From IMG/VR virus record IMGVR_UViG_3300045988_098585: 64,000 nucleotides of DNA; one strand, given 5' to 3'. The notes under the pieces are model-generated. The model was not told where the DNA came from. It ran no database searches and worked only from the letters and a program-made list of their open reading frames with translations. A program made the position numbers and the translations under genes. The stretch comes from a virus. Within the stretch, counting starts at the first letter, position 1; the number at the start of each line of letters is the position of its first letter. Positions 59,250 through 64,000 of this stretch are shown here, in pieces.

Positions 59250-60806
59250 ATGGCACAAAGTAATGTAAACATGAGCAAATTAAAACGTTCATTTCAAATG
59301 CTAGCGGCAAAAATACCGCAACGCACCATTTGCGAGCAACTACACATGGGACGTGGTGTACTTAACCGGTACAAGACCTTGGCGGATTCCCAAGGTTTGT
59401 CCTATGGTGTGATAGGCTGCATGAGTGACGGGGAAATAGAATCTTTCCTCCAGTTGTCCAAACCCACAGCAGCCCCTTCCTCCCAACGTCAGGTGCTGGA
59501 CGGACTGTTGCCAGAATATGTATCAGACTTGTCGCATAACCGCTACCTCACCATTCAAGCCCTGCACGAGTCATACAAGAAGGAGCATCCCGACGGATAT
59601 GGATACACCCAGTTCAAGAAGTCAATCCGTGAGTATCAGTACTCACACAACCTCAGCTTCCATAACACCTATATTCCTGGGGAAGAGATGCAGATTGACT
59701 TTGCCGGCGATGCCCTGTGGCTTACCGACCCGAAGACAGGTGAGCTAACCAAGGTTGTCGTCTTGGTCTGTATCCTGCCATACAGCGGCTTGGGATTTGC
59801 CAAGGCTATGTACAACGCTTCCATGGAGAATTTCTTCGGCGGTATATCCGATGCCTTCTCTTACTTCGGCGGAACGACTCGCATAGCCAAGAGTGACAAC
59901 ATGAAGCAGTGGGTGAAGAAATACGACCGCTACGAGCCAGCGTTCAATGATGCAGCCGTGGAATGGGCCGCCTACTACGATACATCACTCCAAACCTGCA
60001 GGGTTCGCACTCCCAGGGACAAAGGTCCAGTCGAGGGACTCGTCCAAAAGACATACAATGCCGTCTACGCTCTGCTACATGACGAGGTGTTTTACAATCT
60101 ACCGAGTATGAATGCCCGTATCTATGAGTTGATGGACGGCTTCAATGAAAAGCCGTCCAGAACGACAGGGAGAAGCAGACGTGACATCTTCGAGGCGGAA
60201 GAGCAACCTACGTTGGGCAAACTGCCCATGACTCCATACCGCTTCAGATATCGCAAGGAGGTGAAACTGTCCGGGACCTATCACGTCATGGTTGACAAGC
60301 ACAACTATAGCGTGCCATACCAGTATGTCGGGCAAAAGGTGAGCGTACTGTGGGACTTGGATACCGTGGAGGTTTACTCCGGGAGTTCTCGCATAGCCAT
60401 CCATCAGCGTCGCCAAGGATCTGGGTACAGCACACTTGACGAGCATATGCCAGACAAACATCTTGCCTACAAGCACGGACAGGGATATAACGCCGCCTAT
60501 TTTCTGGAGGAGGCGGCATTGGTTGGCAGCAACACCACTGCCGCAGTCCAATCCATCCTCAATCGCACGAAGCATGTCGAGCAGTCGTACAAGTCCTGCC
60601 AGGGAGTCCTGTCTCTCAAGCGCAAGTATGGCAAGGAGCGTCTGGAGAAGGCCTGCAAGCGTCTGGCAGGTTGTTCATCCATCACCTACACGACCATCCG
60701 CAACGTGTTGGAGAAGAACCTTGACCAAGTTGACGGGGAAGAAACCGTCTCAAATGTGCCACAGAACGACTATGTGAGAGGCGCAGAGGCATTTATGAAC
60801 ATTTAA
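59250..60806 (+). CDS. istA: IS21-family transposase IstA
   Basis: 518 aa. N-terminal HTH and a DDE-type core (..EEMQIDFAGD.., ..AKSDNMKQWV.., ..PRDKGPVEG..). Confidence 0.85.
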   Translation: MAQSNVNMSKLKRSFQMLAAKIPQRTICEQLHMGRGVLNRYKTLADSQGLSYGVIGCMSDGEIESFLQLSKPTAAPSSQRQVLDGLLPEYVSDLSHNRYLTIQALHESYKKEHPDGYGYTQFKKSIREYQYSHNLSFHNTYIPGEEMQIDFAGDALWLTDPKTGELTKVVVLVCILPYSGLGFAKAMYNASMENFFGGISDAFSYFGGTTRIAKSDNMKQWVKKYDRYEPAFNDAAVEWAAYYDTSLQTCRVRTPRDKGPVEGLVQKTYNAVYALLHDEVFYNLPSMNARIYELMDGFNEKPSRTTGRSRRDIFEAEEQPTLGKLPMTPYRFRYRKEVKLSGTYHVMVDKHNYSVPYQYVGQKVSVLWDLDTVEVYSGSSRIAIHQRRQGSGYSTLDEHMPDKHLAYKHGQGYNAAYFLEEAALVGSNTTAAVQSILNRTKHVEQSYKSCQGVLSLKRKYGKERLEKACKRLAGCSSITYTTIRNVLEKNLDQVDGEETVSNVPQNDYVRGAEAFMNI

Positions 60807-60820
60807 ATATATATAGTAAC

Positions 60821-61552
60821 ATGAACTTACAAGAAACCATCATACAACTCAACGAGTTGAAGCTCAGAGGTATGTCATCCTCCTTCGAGGCCATGACCAG
60901 CCTTCCTGTACAGAACCGCCCATCCCTGGAAGTCGCCATCTCCAAGATGGTGGATGCAGAGGTGCAGGACAGACGAGATCGAAAGACCGCCATGTATCTA
61001 AAAATCAGCAAGCTTAGATATACGGCGCTCTTAGAGGATGTCATCTGTGGAACAGACCGCAACTTCACCAAGGATGACCTTGCCGCCATTGCCGACTGTG
61101 CCTTCATACGCAGGCATGAAAACTTGCTCATACAAGGAAAGTGTGGCTGCGGAAAATCCTTTCTTGCCTGTGCCCTTGGAAGACAGGCTTGCATGCTAGG
61201 CTATAGAACTCTCTATCTCAACATGAACAGCTTTGTGGAGAAAGTTGCACTCAGCAAGCTGGATGGGTCGTACCTGAAGATGATAACCAATCTGGAAAAG
61301 TATGACTTGCTCATATGGGATGACTTCGGGTTGCAGCCAATAGATGACAAGACCAGACTCGCAATGCTCCAAATTTTAGAAGAGAGATATGAGAGAAAGT
61401 CTGTCATTATCGCCTCACAGCTTCCTATTGCCAAATGGTATGATTACATAGGTGATCCTACCTTGGCAGATGCCATTATGGACCGTTTGGTTGCAAATGC
61501 AAGTAAAATAGAGTTAAAAGGCGATTCTATGCGCCAGAAATTGAAAAAATAG
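60821..61552 (+). CDS. istB: IS21-family helper ATPase IstB
   Basis: Walker A GKCGCGKSFLACALG and Walker B DLLIWDDFG, a DnaC-like AAA+ protein. Confidence 0.9.
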   Translation: MNLQETIIQLNELKLRGMSSSFEAMTSLPVQNRPSLEVAISKMVDAEVQDRRDRKTAMYLKISKLRYTALLEDVICGTDRNFTKDDLAAIADCAFIRRHENLLIQGKCGCGKSFLACALGRQACMLGYRTLYLNMNSFVEKVALSKLDGSYLKMITNLEKYDLLIWDDFGLQPIDDKTRLAMLQILEERYERKSVIIASQLPIAKWYDYIGDPTLADAIMDRLVANASKIELKGDSMRQKLKK

Positions 61553-61554
61553 AT

Positions 61555-61562
61555 TACCTTTG
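61555..61562 (+). promoter_or_regulatory. outward-facing -7 box TACCTTTG in the IS right end
   Basis: GATTACCTTTGCAAATTG lies just after the istB stop and points out of the element toward 61692 onward. Confidence 0.35.
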
Positions 61563-61589
61563 CAAATTGAAAAGCAGAACTGAAATCTT

Positions 61590-61684
61590 GGTACCGCTTG
61601 CAGCGATACAAGCGGTACCGATTGCAGTGATAGTATGGTACCGATTACACCGCTACGCGTGGTACCGATACAGCGCTATCGTCA
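61590..61684 (+). repeat. IS right end: 4 inverted copies (GGTACCG) phased 23-24 bp
   Basis: Copies at 61590, 61614, 61637 and 61661, in inverted orientation relative to the left-end copies. Confidence 0.85.
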
Positions 61685-61691
61685 TTTTATC
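61685..61691 (+). repeat. target-site duplication TTTTATC (right)
   Basis: Matches 59051-59057. Confidence 0.8.
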
Positions 61692-61790
61692 CTTGCCCTT
61701 TATAACAATAACTTTAATGTGAAGGCAGCTATCGCCGAGATAAACGGCGAGAAGGCAGCTCAAAGTGCAAATAATCAGTCTAACAATTAA
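61692..61790 (+). pseudogene. displaced 3' end of the interrupted antirepressor gene
   Basis: After removing the IS and one TSD copy the frame continues ..GKRFI-LALYNNNFNVKAAIAEINGEKAAQSANNQSNN* (TAA 61788-90). Confidence 0.7.
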
Positions 61791-61810
61791 TCAATAAGGA
61801 GAAAGTAATC

Positions 61811-62056
61811 ATGGAGAATAAAGATAATCAGGTTCAATACTCAGTAAGCGATAAGACTGTGCGGTGCATCGCCCTGTTAAAGGAGGTTGTCGCCGTTCAG
61901 GAGAAGGCTCTTACATACTTTGCAAGCGAGGGTATCGAGGATTCAAAGGAAGCTGAGACCTTCGCTGAGAGTATGGGTAACGCCATTAAGGCATTCGGTG
62001 GCATCTTGGGCGATAAGGTCTATCAGAATGTGATTGATGGCTGTAAGGCGATATAA
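61811..62056 (+). CDS. hypothetical acidic small protein
   Basis: 81 aa, preceded by AAGGAGAAAGTAATCATG. Confidence 0.5.
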   Translation: MENKDNQVQYSVSDKTVRCIALLKEVVAVQEKALTYFASEGIEDSKEAETFAESMGNAIKAFGGILGDKVYQNVIDGCKAI

Positions 62057-62140
62057 TTGCGATATAAGTTCAATTTAGGTCGAAACGATGATACTACTTC
62101 GGCACGCCTAAATATAATACATAAGAAAAGAGTGGGGCGG

Positions 62141-63073
62141 TTATACCTCACTCTTTATCTTTTCTATATATGGCTTGAATATCTTTGCCGCTTTCTTGTA
62201 CGCTTCAAGCAACCAGGCGAAGATAGGTTTCCAATCATCTTGCTCATAACCGCCGTTTTCGTAGTTCGTGGCGAAGATAACGCTTGTTTTGTTATCCTCG
62301 GCGATATTCCACTGAAGGAGCGGTTTTCCAAAAGCCTCATTGATAGAATCCTTATCCTTTTCAATCATTCGGTAATGCTTCTTGTTTTCAGTCTTATCAG
62401 AACCGTCAAGCAACAAACGGACAGATACAGAACCTTTGCGGATGAAAAGGTCATAATGTACCTTTGTAGTTCCTGTTGATATATTCATCCAGTGATAGCT
62501 CTGTGGCATCTTTTGAAAATTCGCTCCGTTCTTGCTTGCATACTCATTGAATGCCGTCCAAAACTCAATCAACCTTTGCTCGGTATCAGACTTCGGTGAA
62601 GCTTCATTCTTCTCATAAGGTGGTTGGCTTGCAATATCGAATAGAAGTGCAGGTTTTGAATCGCCAATACTTACAGCCGTAACCTCCACAAGGAAGAAGT
62701 TGCACTGTATGGTTGAGTCGTTCAGCATCTGAATGGCACTGATATGTTCCGCTCTCGCTTTCTCTACTATCCATACAGCATAGTCGGCATGGTGGTGGGC
62801 GGCATACGTTATCACCTTTCCAAGATGGTCTGAATCGCTATCGCCGAACTGGTTTTCTATGATTATGCTTTTTTCGCCATCGTCTCCAGCTTTGGCTACA
62901 ATATCAACCTTCATCGTTTCTAACTTATGCTCTTTCTCTGCCTCAGATATATTGATACCAAGCTTTTCAGCCAGTACACCAATATTCTTTGTAAGCCAAG
63001 GGGTGAAGCCTGAAGCCTCTCCATCAAAAATTTCTTTTAATGGGTGTACGTTTATGCGGTCTATCTCTTTCAT
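62141..63073 (-). CDS. PD-(D/E)xK nuclease-like protein with DUF4268-like C-terminal half (tentative)
   Basis: ..MKVDIVAKAGDDGEKSIIIENQFGDSDSDHLGKVITYAA.. is a D..E-x-Q/K restriction-endonuclease-like core. Confidence 0.5.
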   Translation of the reverse strand: MKEIDRINVHPLKEIFDGEASGFTPWLTKNIGVLAEKLGINISEAEKEHKLETMKVDIVAKAGDDGEKSIIIENQFGDSDSDHLGKVITYAAHHHADYAVWIVEKARAEHISAIQMLNDSTIQCNFFLVEVTAVSIGDSKPALLFDIASQPPYEKNEASPKSDTEQRLIEFWTAFNEYASKNGANFQKMPQSYHWMNISTGTTKVHYDLFIRKGSVSVRLLLDGSDKTENKKHYRMIEKDKDSINEAFGKPLLQWNIAEDNKTSVIFATNYENGGYEQDDWKPIFAWLLEAYKKAAKIFKPYIEKIKSEV

Positions 63074-63642
63074 TGTATATTAATTAGTTCATTTCTGTCT
63101 ATTGCAGGGGCTTTCTTTTTATCAGAATCTAAATCGAGTATATATTTTTGAGGATAGCTTATACAATGTAGGAAAAACTTCTTTTTCCCACCGACAATAT
63201 TAGCCTTAACAACAAAGGAGTCATTTCTATAAAAATATGAGTTGTTATCATTGAGAGCAAAATAACCTTTTATCTTCTTTTTTATAGTTTCTTTATCAAT
63301 AGGCGTTTGCTCGTACCCGTTTTCGGTGAGTACATAAAGAAGTTTTCCGTTACCTTGTAATTCTAAATCCGTATATTGGTAATCTTGCCCAACAATAATA
63401 AAGTTACCTGTTTGTTCGCCGAGATATTTATCTACATAATTATATCCTATAAGGCTATATACATTAGATAACACAACTGTATCTTTATTCATTTCATCAA
63501 TAGTATGAGTAGAGATATATTGTTTGATAGTCTGTTTGGTTATATCTGGTACGGGTGATAAGCTTGTTATCTTTTGTTGTGCGTTAGCTGCTATACAAAA
63601 GAGAAGTCCACTAAATACACATATCTTCTTTATCTGTTCCAT
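63070..63642 (-). CDS. secreted protein
   Basis: Trimmed to ATG 63642. MEQIKKICVFSGLLFCIAANAQQ is a signal peptide. Confidence 0.5.
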   Translation of the reverse strand: MEQIKKICVFSGLLFCIAANAQQKITSLSPVPDITKQTIKQYISTHTIDEMNKDTVVLSNVYSLIGYNYVDKYLGEQTGNFIIVGQDYQYTDLELQGNGKLLYVLTENGYEQTPIDKETIKKKIKGYFALNDNNSYFYRNDSFVVKANIVGGKKKFFLHCISYPQKYILDLDSDKKKAPAIDRNELINIQ

Positions 63643-63643
63643 A

Positions 63644-63871
63644 TTAATGTTTATAAATTGCACGATACCTATTTAAAACACGCTCTGCGGCGTTATCTTT
63701 TCCTTGTTTGGTATATACTAAGGCAAGGCGAAGATAGCCCGTTCTGCGCAAGCGACCGAGGTACATCATCCGCTCGTAGCAATATGATGCCCTGCTAAGT
63801 ATTCCTTCTTTAAGATAGCATTGAGCCATTGCCGCCAACTCCTTTGGTGATGCGTCATAAATCTGTTTCAT
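63644..63871 (-). CDS. small TPR-like protein
   Basis: 75 aa. ..AQCYLKEGILSRASYCYERMMYLGRL..LALVYTKQGKDNAAERVL.. resembles 1-2 TPR units. Confidence 0.4.
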   Translation of the reverse strand: MKQIYDASPKELAAMAQCYLKEGILSRASYCYERMMYLGRLRRTGYLRLALVYTKQGKDNAAERVLNRYRAIYKH

Positions 63872-63896
63872 AACTCGTCTGATTTGGTTATGAATG

Positions 63897-63904
63897 CAAA
63901 GATA
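63897..63904 (-). promoter_or_regulatory. -7 box TATCTTTG for the leftward accessory cassette
   Basis: The minus strand reads TTGCTATCTTTGCATT, with the box ending 25 nt upstream of ATG 63871. Confidence 0.55.
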
Positions 63905-63977
63905 GCAAAAAATGGATTAATATTATATTATATATCATATTTTATATAAAATTATCTTTAATTCACCATACAAATCA

Positions 63978-64000
63978 AAAATAATATTAAACACTAATAG
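63978..64000 (+). repeat. start of a further promoter cassette (upstream element)
   Basis: AAAATAATATTAAACACTAATAG matches 53504-53526 at 22/23. Cut by the window edge. Confidence 0.6.

Larger units (their letters stand above)
59058..61684 (+). mobile_element. IS21-family insertion sequence (2627 bp)
   Basis: Ends are TGACAGTATCGGCGATTCGGTACC and (reverse complement) TGACGATAGCGCTGTATCGGTACC. Carries istA+istB, a 7-bp TSD, and visibly higher G+C than the flanks. Confidence 0.9.

Noticed and set aside
1-64000. Global stop-codon reassignment (TAG or TGA recoding, as in some Bacteroidota phages) to explain the in-frame TAG in the fibre.
   Set aside because: ORFs of 1883, 1713, 643 and 571 aa are uninterrupted under the standard code. 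TAA, TAG and TGA all terminate well-delimited genes here. Only isolated read-through or mutation remains plausible.

Overview
The window reads as most of a temperate, siphovirus-like tailed phage or prophage of a Bacteroidota host. Evidence for the host: AT-rich DNA, many TAnnTTTG -7 promoter boxes, Bacteroidota-type tyrosine integrase. Layout: (1) 1-8.9 kb, rightward block of about 28 small early/accessory genes (two DUF2829/Tad2-like, two ASCH-like, YopX, HNH, a small DNA methyltransferase cassette). (2) 8.9-11.5 kb, lysogeny switch: integrase, LexA/S24-type CI repressor, divergent early promoter, Xis-type HTH. (3) 11.5-16.9 kb, recombination module: zinc-hook SbcC/Rad50-like ATPase, RecT, MBL-fold hydrolase, MazG-like. 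(4) 17-43.3 kb, leftward late region: spanin/GH19 endolysin/holin cassette, unknown late genes, an AT-rich membrane/HTH island, two tail-fibre units, 1713-aa tape measure, G/GT chaperone with a canonical -1 slippery site, major tail, connectors, gpE-like capsid, scaffold. I recognised no terminase, portal or prohead protease. (5) 43.4-46.3 kb, leftward early operon. (6) 46.6-59 kb, rightward operons driven by a repeated promoter-leader cassette: DUF932-like, SSB-like, beta-class DNA MTase, VRR-NUC, two antirepressors. (7) 59.06-61.68 kb, an IS21-family element (IstA/IstB) with a 7-bp target duplication that truncates the second antirepressor. (8) 62.1-63.9 kb, a leftward accessory cassette. 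Most notable observations: a single in-frame TAG between a tail-fibre ORF and a start-less lectin-like ORF; a structured RNA ending in a tRNA-like T-arm; cassette-type junction repeats flanking small genes. All family names come from motif recognition by eye, because no searches were possible.
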